Source: an uncultured Verrucomicrobiae bacterium
GTDB taxonomy: Bacteria > Verrucomicrobiota > Verrucomicrobiia > Limisphaerales > UBA11358
Assembly: GCA_963842445.1 (NCBI GenBank)
Contig: CAWJHF010000016.1
Span: 8,067 to 72,066 of the forward strand
Direction: 5' to 3'
DNA: 64,000 nt
The notes below the pieces were generated by a model. It was given only the letters and a program-made list of their open reading frames with translations. It had not been told where the DNA came from and did no database searches. Below are positions 30,094 to 39,896 of this stretch, piece by piece (the first letter of the stretch is position 1; each line of letters begins with the position of its first letter). Made by a program: the position numbers and the translations under genes.

Positions 30094-30489
30094 TTGTGTC
30101 AGGGTCAAGAGCAACCCGTGGCCGTAGGCGGCGAACGCCGGGGCATCATCGCTTCGGCTTCCTACGAGGCGCGGAAGTTCGGCATCTATACGCCCATGCC
30201 CACGGCACGGGCGCGAAAACTTTGCCCCAAGCTCATCGTGTTGCCCGGTGATTACGAACGCTACGAACAGTTTTCCAACTGGATGTTCGGCTACGCCTAC
30301 GACTTCACACCGGACGTGGAACAAACTTCCATTGACGAAGGCTATTTCGACCTGACGGCCAACCACAAAAAACCGCCGGTTGAAATCGCGCTGACGATTC
30401 GCAAAGCCATCGGACAATCCCTCAAAATCACCGTCAGCGAAGGCATCGCGTCAAACGAGCTCGTCATTCTGCCTTCTTATCTTCAATAG
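30094..30489 (+). pseudogene. dinB: DNA polymerase IV (DinB) internal fragment, truncated at both ends
   Basis: PVAVGGERRGIIASASYEARKFGIYTPMP...SIDEGYFDLT...ITVSEGIASN corresponds to roughly residues 20-150 of DinB. No N-terminal MDxFYAxVE and no little-finger domain. Confidence 0.8.
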
Positions 30490-30562
30490 AATCAAATTGA
30501 CATCGGAGCCAGCGCTGATTACAATGACTCGCCCAAAGTGGGTGGAACATCAACGAAACCGT

Positions 30563-33535
30563 ATGAGAGCGGAGATAGTCTGCATTCTGACAACGCTGGT
30601 GATCTTCAACGCAGTCCTTCCTGCTGTCGCACAAGGGAGCTTTCCGGCTGATGCGGTTTCCGCGCGCCAATCCATTCCGTGGAACGCCGTTGGCGTGGTT
30701 GCAGGCAAACCATCGCAAGGTGATGCGCTGGCAGTATTGGCGTGCGATGATGGCGCGCTACTGCACTGTGCGTTCCAAAGGATGGATGGCCATGCAACCG
30801 CCGCCGGTCTCTGGCTGGCCTCCACAACGACCAATTCGCACGACGAACGATTTCGTCTTGTGGCCACCAGTCTGGCGCGGATGAGCGCGGACCGCTCGCT
30901 TGGAGCGGGCGTCCAGGACGAGATGTCGCTGTGTCCCACTGGAACGGTGCGGGTGATGGATTCCGTGGTGCGTTGGGAGCGGCCCGGCGTGACGGAGGAG
31001 TATTCGGTGAGCGTGGATGGAGTGCGGCAGGATTTTGTCATCGCGCAACGTCTGCCGGGGCAGGGCCATTTGCGGTTGGAGTTGACGCTGTCGGGTGCGC
31101 GGGCGGAAGCCGCCGCGGATGAGGTGAAGATCATCTTGGAGGGTTCGCGCCGCGAACTGGCCTACAGCCGGCTGCGCGCGACGGATGCCTATGGCAGGGA
31201 ACTTTCCGCAAGGATGGAAGTGGTCTCCGCCAATCGCTTTGAGGTATGGGTGGATGACGCGGGCGCTGCCTACCCCGTGCGCATTGACCCGACATTCAGT
31301 GATGCGAATTGGGTCAGTCTGGGTTCGTTGCCGGGCGCCACCAGCACTGTCTTTGCCATGGTTGAAGACAAGAACGCGGGGGTGCTTTACGTCGGCGGAG
31401 GTTTCAGCGTCGTCGGTTCCGCCGTGGTTTCTGGCGTTGCCAAATGGGACGGGACCAACTGGTCAGGTGTCGGGACGGGATTGCCGGGTCTGGTGAGGGC
31501 GCTGGCGGTGGATGGAAAGGGGAATCTCTATGCCGGAGGGGCGTTCACGAATTCGGTCCTGATGATCACCAATGTTGCTAAATGGGATGGAACCAACTGG
31601 TCCGCGTTGGGGACAGGAATGAATGGAACCATCCTGGCCGTGGCGGCGGACGGCTCCGGCAACGTTTACGTCGGTGGTACTTTTACCAACAGCAACATTT
31701 CGGCGTATAACATCGCCCAATGGAACGGGAGCAGTTGGTCAGGAGTCGGTGACTTCAACGGCACAGTCTCCGCTCTGGCCGTGGACGGGAGCGGCAACCT
31801 TTACGCCGGCGGCAGCTTTTCCACCCCCACTTTTTTTGTGGCTCTGTGGGACGGGAGCAGTTGGTCGGCGATGGGGGCGGGGCTGAATAGCTCGGTTCGC
31901 GCTTTGGTGGTGGACGCCTACGGCGATGTTTATGCGGGGGGCGCATTCACCAACGCGGATGGCAATCCGGCCAATCACGTCGCGTATTGGGACGGCATCG
32001 GCTGGTCGGCCTTGGGCGCGGGATTGGGCGGCGCGCCTGCGGCGCTGGCCCTGGACAACGCGGGCAATCTCTATGCCGGCGGCGGGTTCACCACCGCCGG
32101 AGGCTCGCCTGCCAATCACATTGCGGTTTGGAATGGCAGCAGTTGGTCGGCTCTCGATTCGGGAATAGGCACCTCGCTGGTCATTGCGTTGGCCGTGGAT
32201 GCCGGGGGCAATCTCTACGCCGGCGGCACTTTCGGCACGGCGGGCAGCGTCGGAGTTGACAATCTTGCCCGGTGGAACGGGAGCGCATGGTCGGGAATTG
32301 GTTCGGGACCAAACTCAACCGTGTATGCGGTGACCGTTGATCCTTCGGGCAATCTTTATGTCGGAGGCCAGTTCACGTCGGTTGGCGGCATTACGGTCAG
32401 CAACATTGTCGAATGGAATGGCAGCGCCTGGTCGGCGTTAGGCTCCGGCATTCCGGGCTCTCCCCCCACCACGGTTTACGTGCTGACGACGGACAGCGCT
32501 GGGAATCTTTATGCCGGTGGCATTTTCAGCAATGCGGGAGGTGCGAGCGCCAATGATATCGCCAGATGGAACGGGACTAACTGGTCGGCTCTTGGCTCCG
32601 GGATGGGCGGCAGCCTCCCCTACGTTTATGGGTTGATCACGGACGGGGCCGGCGACCTTTACGCCGGAGGTTTTTTTACCACGGCGGGCGGCGTCACGGT
32701 CAACGGCGTTGCGAAATGGAATGGGAGCACGTGGTCGGCTTTGGGCTCGGGCATCAGCGGCGCGAACGCCAACGTGGACGCGTTTGCCTTCGATCACACC
32801 GGGAATCTTTATGCCGGCGGCAGTTTCACCACGGCGGGCGGGGTGCCGGCTAATTCCATTGCCAAATGGAGCGCAAGCACATGGTCCACCCTCGGCCCGG
32901 GATTGGGCACCAACGGAACCTATGTCGGGTCGCTGGTCATGAATTCCGCCGACCATCTTTACGCCGCCGGGCAGTTCACCAATGCCGGCAGCGTGATGGC
33001 CAACTACGTTGCCGAATGGGACGGAAGCAACTGGTCGGCCTTGGGCGCGGGGATGAATTACTACGTTTTTACACTGGCTCTTGATCCGGCGCAGAATCTC
33101 TATGCCGCCGGGCAGTTCACCAACGCCGGAGGCATTTACGCCAGCGGCATAGCCAAATGGGACGGAACCGCCTGGTCGGCCCTGGGTTCGGGGCTGAACA
33201 ACACAGTAATTTCGCTGGCCGCCGATGGAGCCGGTCGTCTTTACGCGGGAGGCGTCTTTACCGCTGCCGGCACCAATGTTTCAGCTTATGTCGCCCAAGC
33301 CAACGTCCTGGACATGATTTCCAAACCGCGCCGCAATCCGGATGGCAGCCTGACGTTTAATCTCCTGACCACGCCCAACACCACCAACCGGGTGCAGGCG
33401 GCGACCAACCTCGCACCGCCGGCAGTCTGGCAACCAATCTACACCAACATTGCTCCAGCCAATGGTGCGTGGCAGTTCACCGACACGAACACCAGCCGTT
33501 ACCCGGCCCGGTTTTATCGCTCTTCTACGCCTTGA
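30563..33535 (+). CDS. large secreted beta-propeller-type repeat protein (~20 repeats of ~55-60 aa)
   Basis: Signal peptide MRAEIVCILTTLVIFNAVLPAVAQG, with alternative starts at 30497 and 30524. The repeat is W[DN]G[ST].WSALG.G.......ALA.D..GNLYAGG.FT.AGG..AN.IA. Confidence 0.8.
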   Translation: MRAEIVCILTTLVIFNAVLPAVAQGSFPADAVSARQSIPWNAVGVVAGKPSQGDALAVLACDDGALLHCAFQRMDGHATAAGLWLASTTTNSHDERFRLVATSLARMSADRSLGAGVQDEMSLCPTGTVRVMDSVVRWERPGVTEEYSVSVDGVRQDFVIAQRLPGQGHLRLELTLSGARAEAAADEVKIILEGSRRELAYSRLRATDAYGRELSARMEVVSANRFEVWVDDAGAAYPVRIDPTFSDANWVSLGSLPGATSTVFAMVEDKNAGVLYVGGGFSVVGSAVVSGVAKWDGTNWSGVGTGLPGLVRALAVDGKGNLYAGGAFTNSVLMITNVAKWDGTNWSALGTGMNGTILAVAADGSGNVYVGGTFTNSNISAYNIAQWNGSSWSGVGDFNGTVSALAVDGSGNLYAGGSFSTPTFFVALWDGSSWSAMGAGLNSSVRALVVDAYGDVYAGGAFTNADGNPANHVAYWDGIGWSALGAGLGGAPAALALDNAGNLYAGGGFTTAGGSPANHIAVWNGSSWSALDSGIGTSLVIALAVDAGGNLYAGGTFGTAGSVGVDNLARWNGSAWSGIGSGPNSTVYAVTVDPSGNLYVGGQFTSVGGITVSNIVEWNGSAWSALGSGIPGSPPTTVYVLTTDSAGNLYAGGIFSNAGGASANDIARWNGTNWSALGSGMGGSLPYVYGLITDGAGDLYAGGFFTTAGGVTVNGVAKWNGSTWSALGSGISGANANVDAFAFDHTGNLYAGGSFTTAGGVPANSIAKWSASTWSTLGPGLGTNGTYVGSLVMNSADHLYAAGQFTNAGSVMANYVAEWDGSNWSALGAGMNYYVFTLALDPAQNLYAAGQFTNAGGIYASGIAKWDGTAWSALGSGLNNTVISLAADGAGRLYAGGVFTAAGTNVSAYVAQANVLDMISKPRRNPDGSLTFNLLTTPNTTNRVQAATNLAPPAVWQPIYTNIAPANGAWQFTDTNTSRYPARFYRSSTP

Positions 33536-33932
33536 TGGCAAGCAAATTGGCCCGGTCCTTATTGCTGCAAAGCTGGTGAACAATGCCGGAAACAACTTCC
33601 CGGAATGTTTGACGCCAACACGAGCCGACACGACGCGAACGGCTGGAATCCACAAGGAGATCGTTCATCACACGCAGACTACATACTAGCAAACCTGCTT
33701 GCAATTGAAGCCGAGGCACCTACGCCGGAGTTGGTTAGCCTTGCTTAATGTCCACCCGTGACCGTGTAACCAGCCAAGGCAAATCCTCCGCGCAAATCCT
33801 TCTGCATCTGCACCACCGCCGCGTAAGGCATCGGGGTTAGGCGCGCGTACAGTTCCGGCAGTTGCTGGATGTGACCAATAGTCAACCGGCAGGCTTGACT
33901 TCGCAGAGACATGGGGATTCCCTAGCACAACA

Positions 33933-34214
33933 GTGACGCATCTACGACGCATTCATACTGACCAGACACACTGGTTTTGCGTGTTTCGCTCAGAACAGAC
34001 TGGAGACCATGTGCTTCAAGCCACCTTGCGTGAGGAGGGATGGCCTGACATCGCGATGCGGCTCACCGCCGATGAGATAGCGATGTTTCAAGATCGTCCG
34101 ACAGACTTCGTCACGTTCGCTAAAGAATTCATCGCGTCTCACGATTCGGCGATTTTTCGTCCGAGAAAGATTTCAATTCGCAGCAGTGGGCCGGGTTTTA
34201 TAGAGATTGATTGA
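33933..34214 (+). CDS. hypothetical protein
   Basis: 93-aa ORF with protein-like composition (LTADEIAMFQDRPTDFVTFAKEFIASHDS). No motif recognised. Confidence 0.35.
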   Translation: MTHLRRIHTDQTHWFCVFRSEQTGDHVLQATLREEGWPDIAMRLTADEIAMFQDRPTDFVTFAKEFIASHDSAIFRPRKISIRSSGPGFIEID

Positions 34215-34369
34215 CTAACACATTACGGAGCCAGTGCCGGTTGGCACGCTCCAGGACAAGCCCCGACAGAGTGGCCCGGCTGGCAGCCACACAGGAAGCC
34301 AATTCAAAAATCCAACCTTGCCCGCGACGGCACGACGGATACACTGCTTCAGGTCAGGCATCGTGCGCC

Positions 34370-34648
34370 ATGAGCACTTTTAAGACTCAAGATGGTACGT
34401 GGACCCGCAGAGTGGCTGCTCGCAAGAAGGGCACGTGGCGGACATCCGTTTTGCGGCCGTGGCTCATAGACGAACGATTCCAGCAGGCACGATTCGTCCT
34501 GGTTGGTGGTCCTACAGTTTTGGTTTCGGCGGGCGATTTGCGCCGGGCACTTGACGCCTCCACAGCACCGGGCAGGCTTATCTGTTCGGTTCGCATCGAT
34601 CCTGAGAAAAGCACTATCAATGATCAGCCAGTTCATTTTATGGGCTGA
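34370..34648 (+). CDS. hypothetical protein
   Basis: An internal ATG (MSTFKTQDGTW...) gives a 92-aa product. The upstream part of the tracked ORF looks non-coding. Confidence 0.3.
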   Translation: MSTFKTQDGTWTRRVAARKKGTWRTSVLRPWLIDERFQQARFVLVGGPTVLVSAGDLRRALDASTAPGRLICSVRIDPEKSTINDQPVHFMG

Positions 34649-35135
34649 CTGGATCGCTCGCAGGCTGCTCCGGTCCAATTCGATACTGCGCGACGGCCAT
34701 ATCGGCACCGAACCGCTCACTCACTTGGTGTTGGAACCAGCGGAAGGAAGGTCGGCGTTTGGAATAAAACAGGTGGCTGGTTCGGCTGCGCCGGTAATCC
34801 GATGAGCCAAAGCGGCGGATCGGCATACGAAACCCGGACGCCTGTTCCAGCAGTTCCGCCAGGTCCTGCTCCCGTTTCCGACCCGAAAGGGCATACCAGA
34901 CCTCGACTGGCTCAGCATAGCCAAGCAGGTAATCTATGTGCCAATGCGGTTCGGCCACTGATTCCAGATGGTGATGTATCCGCGCTCGGAGGCCACCGGG
35001 ACCCAACGCACTCCCCACATAAGCGTAAAAGCCAGGAAGGAGGCCGTAGGTTCCCAAGCGCCCGATCTTCAGGCGCTTCATTTGCAAAACCGAGGCAATC
35101 AGGATGTAGGTTCCCCTTTCGTCCGGCAGTTCCAT
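34638..35135 (-). CDS. DUF123 / GIY-YIG-superfamily (Uri-like) endonuclease domain protein
   Basis: GTYILI...GFYAYVGSALGPGGLRARIHHHL....HWHIDYLL is the DUF123 signature. Confidence 0.65.
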   Translation of the reverse strand: MELPDERGTYILIASVLQMKRLKIGRLGTYGLLPGFYAYVGSALGPGGLRARIHHHLESVAEPHWHIDYLLGYAEPVEVWYALSGRKREQDLAELLEQASGFRMPIRRFGSSDYRRSRTSHLFYSKRRPSFRWFQHQVSERFGADMAVAQYRIGPEQPASDPVSP

Positions 35136-35164
35136 AGCGTGAAGCGTATCGGCAGATTGAGTCG

Positions 35165-35416
35165 CTACAGGTTGGGTCGGTCGCAGAGCGCGTGCTGCTG
35201 TGAGATAAAGGAATGCCCGGCTGGCAAGATTTCTTCAATGACATATCTGTCGGGATCGTCGCCAAACTTTTTATCTCCTAACTGTATCAACTGTTCTTTG
35301 AACAGCGCCTGAACGATTTCTGCCGAAAATCCGCACTCGCGCACGGTGGGCCGCACTCCAAAATACAGCATATCCCGCAGGCGGATTAACGCTACCAGTT
35401 TGTCCTTATCTTGCAT
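35165..35416 (-). CDS. hypothetical protein
   Basis: 83 aa from the internal ATG 35416 (MQDKDKLVALIRLRDMLYF...). Co-directional neighbours. Confidence 0.3.
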   Translation of the reverse strand: MQDKDKLVALIRLRDMLYFGVRPTVRECGFSAEIVQALFKEQLIQLGDKKFGDDPDRYVIEEILPAGHSFISQQHALCDRPNL

Positions 35417-35633
35417 TGGTTCTCCAGACCGAGACCTGCGCACTGGAACTGGCATCACATCGTTTTGATATGTAACCGTAAAGGACTCGTTTGAACTTCT
35501 GCGCCCAATACTCCAAACGCGCCGTCACTGCGACTATGCGCCGATAAGCCCTGATTTCAAGCCTCAACTGCGAGGCTCGCCAGGGCGACCGGCAGGCCCC
35601 ACCTTGATTCGTTCCAGCAACACCGCCGCAGAC

Positions 35634-35678
35634 CTCGTCGTTGGGGTTTTGGGGGACGAGTTGGCCTCGGAGGGCGCG
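35634..35678 (-). pseudogene. short remnant resembling the C-terminal tail of an R-M specificity/MTase subunit
   Basis: The reverse strand encodes RALRGQLVPQNPNDE, the common ..F.G.LVPQDPNDEP tail motif. It is embedded in an otherwise non-coding-looking ORF (35406-35861). Confidence 0.35.
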
Positions 35679-35829
35679 GGCGAGGCTTGTCGCGCCAAAG
35701 TGACGCGGCGGCGGAAGCAACAGCGTGACGGCGTCCGGCCGCCTTCGCCATGCTTCGGCCGGCCGGGTCTGCCGCTGCGCCGATGTCAGCCGCGCTTCAA
35801 TCGGGTCGGCCAGCGCAAACAAGACGCCA

Positions 35830-36327
35830 TCAGCGGTTTCGGTCTTTAATGTCATCTTCATAGGGCACGTTGTTCGCCTCGGCCCAGCTGATCACGAACG
35901 CCTTCATGGCCTTGTCACGGTATCCGAACCATTGGTCCTGAATCCCCAGCCGGTAAAGCGCGTCCTTGAAATGGTGGGAAGCAGCGTGGCCCTTGGTCGC
36001 ACGCCAAAGCTCTTCCGCGACTTTCGCGTCGGGCAATGCCCGGATGAATCGCTCCATGTGACGATATTCGTTAAACTCAAACTTGCCCGGCGGGTCAATG
36101 AAGCGGTCGCCGCTGTGGTTCACAATCGCCCGCGCCGTTTCGACTTCTTCCTTCTGCCAGTCAGGCATGCTCCTCAACGCCTCCTCCTCGCCCTCTTCCA
36201 CGGCACTCAGGATACGGTCCGCCACGCTGACGATCCGGCCGGTATGCCGGTCAAAATAAGCGCGCCGGTCCACAGACTCGAACTCGAGCGCGTCCGTCAA
36301 CTCGCTCAGTTTGGCGGGTGGGTTCAT
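35830..36327 (-). CDS. UPF0158-family protein
   Basis: YFDRHTGRIVSV... and the C-terminal GHAASHHFKDALYRLGIQDQWFGYRDKAMKAFVISWAEANNV resemble the UPF0158 pattern (G.GAFRRFKD....W..). Confidence 0.5.
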   Translation of the reverse strand: MNPPAKLSELTDALEFESVDRRAYFDRHTGRIVSVADRILSAVEEGEEEALRSMPDWQKEEVETARAIVNHSGDRFIDPPGKFEFNEYRHMERFIRALPDAKVAEELWRATKGHAASHHFKDALYRLGIQDQWFGYRDKAMKAFVISWAEANNVPYEDDIKDRNR

Positions 36328-36701
36328 ACAGTGACTCTAGTCCCGCCAGGGACGACACGCAATCGCCCGCGGTCTCAACCGTGGGGTTGGGATGTAAAAC
36401 AAACAAAACTCCCTGGGGCGACAGAGAGCGTAGGAGAGCAAGAGCGTTTTCTTTCGTCCCTGCGGGACTCGGGTAACTGGCCCCTTTCGGGACATTCCCC
36501 CGGGCAGGCGATTTATGCCGATTTATCTTGCCCTGCCCGGTTTCCGGCGTAAGGTGTAACTGCAAACGGAGCATAGTTTACCAGGTGTCCGACTGCCCTT
36601 CGTATTGGCATTCACTCCCCTCTTATTCCCTGCGCTGCAAAGCCGGAGCCGCAATCGCGGCTCAAACCAAACAAAAAGCAGTTCCAGAAAGAACAAAAAG
36701 T

Positions 36702-36941
36702 ATGATTACAAACACAAAACAAACAGCGCCTCCCACTTCCAAAGAGCGGGGTGCCGTGAAATCAACGCAAGTTGCGACTGGCCGCGGTTTTTTGCTCAAT
36801 CCATCAAAGTTGCAAAGCGCAGCCCCATCTCAGGCGATGATCGCGGAAGAAGCCTACGAGATTTGGGTCGCGCGAGGACAGGCACCGGGCCATGACCAGG
36901 AGCATTGGTACGAAGCCGAACGGCGGTTGCGGCACGGGTAA
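36702..36941 (+). CDS. DUF2934-family small protein
   Basis: C-terminal IAEEAYEIWVARGQAPGHDQEHWYEAERRL is the DUF2934 signature. Start at ATG 36702. Confidence 0.7.
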   Translation: MITNTKQTAPPTSKERGAVKSTQVATGRGFLLNPSKLQSAAPSQAMIAEEAYEIWVARGQAPGHDQEHWYEAERRLRHG

Positions 36942-37055
36942 GCGGCCCGTCAATTGGGCAACCAAAGGGAGCGGAAGGCGGCAGTTTACCGCCTCCGTTC
37001 GCTTCCTTGGCCGGCTGGTCAATCCGGCAGATGCCGGGTGTCCGTGAGCGCGTTT

Positions 37056-37090
37056 TCATAATTCTCCTTTGAGGACGCGGTCGAGTTTCC
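37056..37090 (-). pseudogene. hsdS 3'-tail remnant (..LDRVLKGEL*)
   Basis: tcataattctcctttgaggacgcggtcgag is near-identical to the tail copy at 41517-41545 (ttacaattctcctttgaaggcgcggtcgag). Confidence 0.5.
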
Positions 37091-37157
37091 CGCTACGGGT
37101 GCGGTGGGATTTGATTACGATTAACAGACAAACCAACAACGAAACGAAAAACAAACT

Positions 37158-37331
37158 ATGGCACTGAACATCAATCCGATCGGAGACCGGATTCTGGTTG
37201 AGCCGGTCGAAGAGAAGGAAGGCGCCAAGGTTGGTGGCAGCCGCCAAAGACCTTTGCGTCGCAGCGTCAAAAAGGCAGGGTCGCATTGCCGGGACGACCG
37301 AATAACGGACGGTTCGGCGAGCCGTCCCTAA
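37158..37331 (+). pseudogene. decayed groES-like fragment
   Basis: MALNINPIGDRILVEPVEEKEGAKVGG matches the GroES N-terminus. After residue ~27 the frame degenerates. AAKD and QKGRVALPGRP-like pieces appear in other frames, and the 57-aa ORF ends early. Confidence 0.35.
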
Positions 37332-37565
37332 CACTATGTACATACTGAAGCTCATCTGCCTGACAATCATCCAAGTGGTCAAACAGGCTTGGTTGCTTCC
37401 CCAATCTGTCGTGAATGCCGTCCACCAAAGGCAGCGGCGGATCGTTTTGAACGAACAGGAAGCCGAACGGCTCGACCGGATACGCAACCCGTCAAAGTAT
37501 CTTGGGAGGTGATCTGGACCCATGACCGGGAACGGCCAAAAAATCTGCCAAGATAATAAATCATC

Positions 37566-37892
37566 ATGAACACCAAGTTATACGTGGACAATCTGGCTGC
37601 TACCACTACCTACAGCGATCTTGTGGATCTGTTTGCCGTCCACGGCAACGTCGCCGAGGTCAGGCTCCCGGTTGATCCCGCCAATGGCCGGCCGCGCGGT
37701 TTCGGCTTTGTCACCATGGTCACGCCTGAAGGCGCCCGGGCGGCCGCTCGGGCTCTTCATGGAAAGGAGATAGGAACGCACAATCTAATCGTAAGCGAGG
37801 CGTGGTTGCATGAAGAGCGTGACGGTTCGTCCCGTGAAGGCCGCAGCCCCGCCGCCGTTCCACTTGCACCTACCAAGTCCAAAGCTAGATGA
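37566..37892 (+). CDS. RRM-domain RNA-binding protein
   Basis: RNP2 KLYVDNL and RNP1 RGFGFVTM. Confidence 0.85.
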   Translation: MNTKLYVDNLAATTTYSDLVDLFAVHGNVAEVRLPVDPANGRPRGFGFVTMVTPEGARAAARALHGKEIGTHNLIVSEAWLHEERDGSSREGRSPAAVPLAPTKSKAR

Positions 37893-37972
37893 GAAATTTG
37901 GCATGATCAACATTGCCTAGAACCCATCCTGAGCGCGTCAATGTTTTGCCGCGCCTAAATGAAAGAACCTCT

Positions 37973-38182
37973 ATGCGACGCCCCAAAGGTGTTAAAACCA
38001 GAAAGTCAGTGTCCAAACGTTTCAAGATAACGGCTACCGGCAAAATCCTGTATCGAGGAGCAGGCCGGCGCCATTTGCTTCAAGGCAAGAGTCCAAAACG
38101 GCGGCGATCATTGAGGAGGGCGGCGCTCATCGGACCCACGGACGTTTATCGCATCAAACAAAATTTGCCATTCAGCCACTAA
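37973..38182 (+). CDS. rpmI: ribosomal protein L35-like (stand-alone, not next to infC/rplT)
   Basis: MRRPKGVKTRKSVSKRFKITATGKILYRGAGRRHLLQGKSPKRRRSLRR... follows the L35 pattern (K.....KRFK.T..GK..R..AG..H.L..K...R.R.LR). Confidence 0.75.
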   Translation: MRRPKGVKTRKSVSKRFKITATGKILYRGAGRRHLLQGKSPKRRRSLRRAALIGPTDVYRIKQNLPFSH

Positions 38183-38312
38183 ACCACCCGCTGCCTTCTG
38201 CAACCCAAAATCCAAGCGAAAGACAAAACGTCCATGAAACTGCCGAGTGTCACCGCCCGCTTGAAACCTGCCTGCGGCGGGGGCCAAGACAACGGCAGAT
38301 CCCCTCAAATTG

Positions 38313-39896
38313 TCATCCTCCAGCACCAACTGTCCACGTTGACAGTTGATTGCCAACCGTTCCGGGTGGGGATGGCGGCGGATGGGCGACCGGCTTCTCC
38401 ATCTCGGGTATCCGTTCCGTGCGGGACACCAATGAAGCGTAGCGGCCAAGCTTCTCTTCGTAGCAACGGTGGTAAAATTCGGGGAGGGAAACGGAACCCC
38501 CTTCGTGGAACGACCTGAACGCACGATCCGTCTTAAGTTCCTGCTGCAACCGGCGAAAGGTGGCCAGGTCCTGACGCAGGCTGAACGTCCGCAGCGCGTG
38601 CAACAGACTGAATCCGATGGTTGACTTCGTCACCAGCCGCCGCGTCAACATCCGCGTGGACGTCATTGCGGAGTAAATCTCGATGAGCTTGTCGTAATAT
38701 TCGACCGGAGGATAGTTCGGCATCGTCGTTACGAGGTAAGGCGTGTAGTAAAAACTGAAAGGCATCGGCTTCAAAATGCTGCCTTTGGCGAGCGCCCGGT
38801 CGTAGAGCGGAGTGTTGCCAAAGGGAGTCGGAATGTTAACCGTGGGCCAGACGTAAGGGAGCGAACGGATGAATTCCTTGGTCAGCTCAACCGGTTCGTC
38901 GCCGTAATCAACCTCGGAGCCGAACATGAAATTGGCTTGCAACCCCGGGACATATTCCCGCAGCACGCGAAAATGTTCCACGACGTGCTTCAACTTCTCC
39001 TTGGGGGCCATCGCACCAACCCCGGCCTTGTTGGAATAGCTGGTCCATGCCTCGATCCCCGGCGCGATGTAAAGGCAATTTGTCTCCTTCAAACGCTGCA
39101 ACCGGGACCCGCGCAGGATCGAAAGAGAACTCTCCATGATGTAGGGATTACGGGCTTTTTCAGGAACCTTCTCGATGATGCCCAGGACCTGATCAAACTT
39201 CACTCCGAAGTTGGGATCGTGGTAAGTGACCTTGACGCCGGGCAGTTTTTTGGAAATGTAGCGTAAATCGGCTTCGAGCCCTTCCAGCGGGAGCACCGCA
39301 TACGGGCTGTTCCAATCCACGCAGAAGTCGCAACTGTAAGGACAGCCCACACTGCTTAACAAGGGCACCGAACCGACGCCCCGCGCTCGGCCCCGGGTGA
39401 ACACGGCTTTGACAATTTCCGGCATCCGCTCCTCGATGCTGGGGATTTCCTTCAAAGGCCGTCCGCTGCTGATGATGGAGTGGCGGTCGAAGCTGCCGCG
39501 CAGAATGTCGTTTATCAACGTCTTGTCGCAGTCTTTAACGACGAGGTCGAAAAACCGGAGACAATCGGTAGGGAAGGACTTGGCGTGCGGTCCACCGATG
39601 ACCGTCAGGGTTTTTTCGGTGCGATAAAGCTTGGCCAGGGCGTAGGCCAGCGCGCTGGCCTGGGTGTAGGTTGAAATGAAGACCACGTCCAGGTCGTCTG
39701 GCAGCAATCTTTTCGGATCTTGATGTCCGTAAAACGTGGCGTAGAACGTCTGATGACCGAGTTGGCGGCACCAGACGGCCACCACCTGTGGGGTGATGCT
39801 GCAATAATACCTCTTGAAATGGGCGCCATAGGCCGACTCAACCCGGTTCCGGGACTCTGATTCCACGAGCAATTCGAGGATGCCGACTCTCAGCAT
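38313..39896 (-). CDS. B12-binding-domain-like radical SAM protein
   Basis: CX3CX2C cluster motif GCPYSCDFC preceded by a Rossmann-like N-terminal domain (DVVFISTYTQ..TVIGGPHA). Confidence 0.8.
   Translation of the reverse strand: MLRVGILELLVESESRNRVESAYGAHFKRYYCSITPQVVAVWCRQLGHQTFYATFYGHQDPKRLLPDDLDVVFISTYTQASALAYALAKLYRTEKTLTVIGGPHAKSFPTDCLRFFDLVVKDCDKTLINDILRGSFDRHSIISSGRPLKEIPSIEERMPEIVKAVFTRGRARGVGSVPLLSSVGCPYSCDFCVDWNSPYAVLPLEGLEADLRYISKKLPGVKVTYHDPNFGVKFDQVLGIIEKVPEKARNPYIMESSLSILRGSRLQRLKETNCLYIAPGIEAWTSYSNKAGVGAMAPKEKLKHVVEHFRVLREYVPGLQANFMFGSEVDYGDEPVELTKEFIRSLPYVWPTVNIPTPFGNTPLYDRALAKGSILKPMPFSFYYTPYLVTTMPNYPPVEYYDKLIEIYSAMTSTRMLTRRLVTKSTIGFSLLHALRTFSLRQDLATFRRLQQELKTDRAFRSFHEGGSVSLPEFYHRCYEEKLGRYASLVSRTERIPEMEKPVAHPPPSPPGTVGNQLSTWTVGAGG

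Noticed and set aside
35406-35861. 151-aa ORF on the minus strand that might be a truncated specificity subunit
   Set aside because: Only about 15 residues (RALRGQLVPQNPNDE) resemble an R-M tail. The remainder is Arg/Pro/Ala-rich and overlaps the UPF0158 gene end. I treated it as a remnant, not a gene.
37056-37523. 155-aa ORF on the minus strand
   Set aside because: It is antisense to the groES-like fragment. Only its last ~10 codons (hsdS tail remnant) look meaningful, and the rest has non-coding composition.
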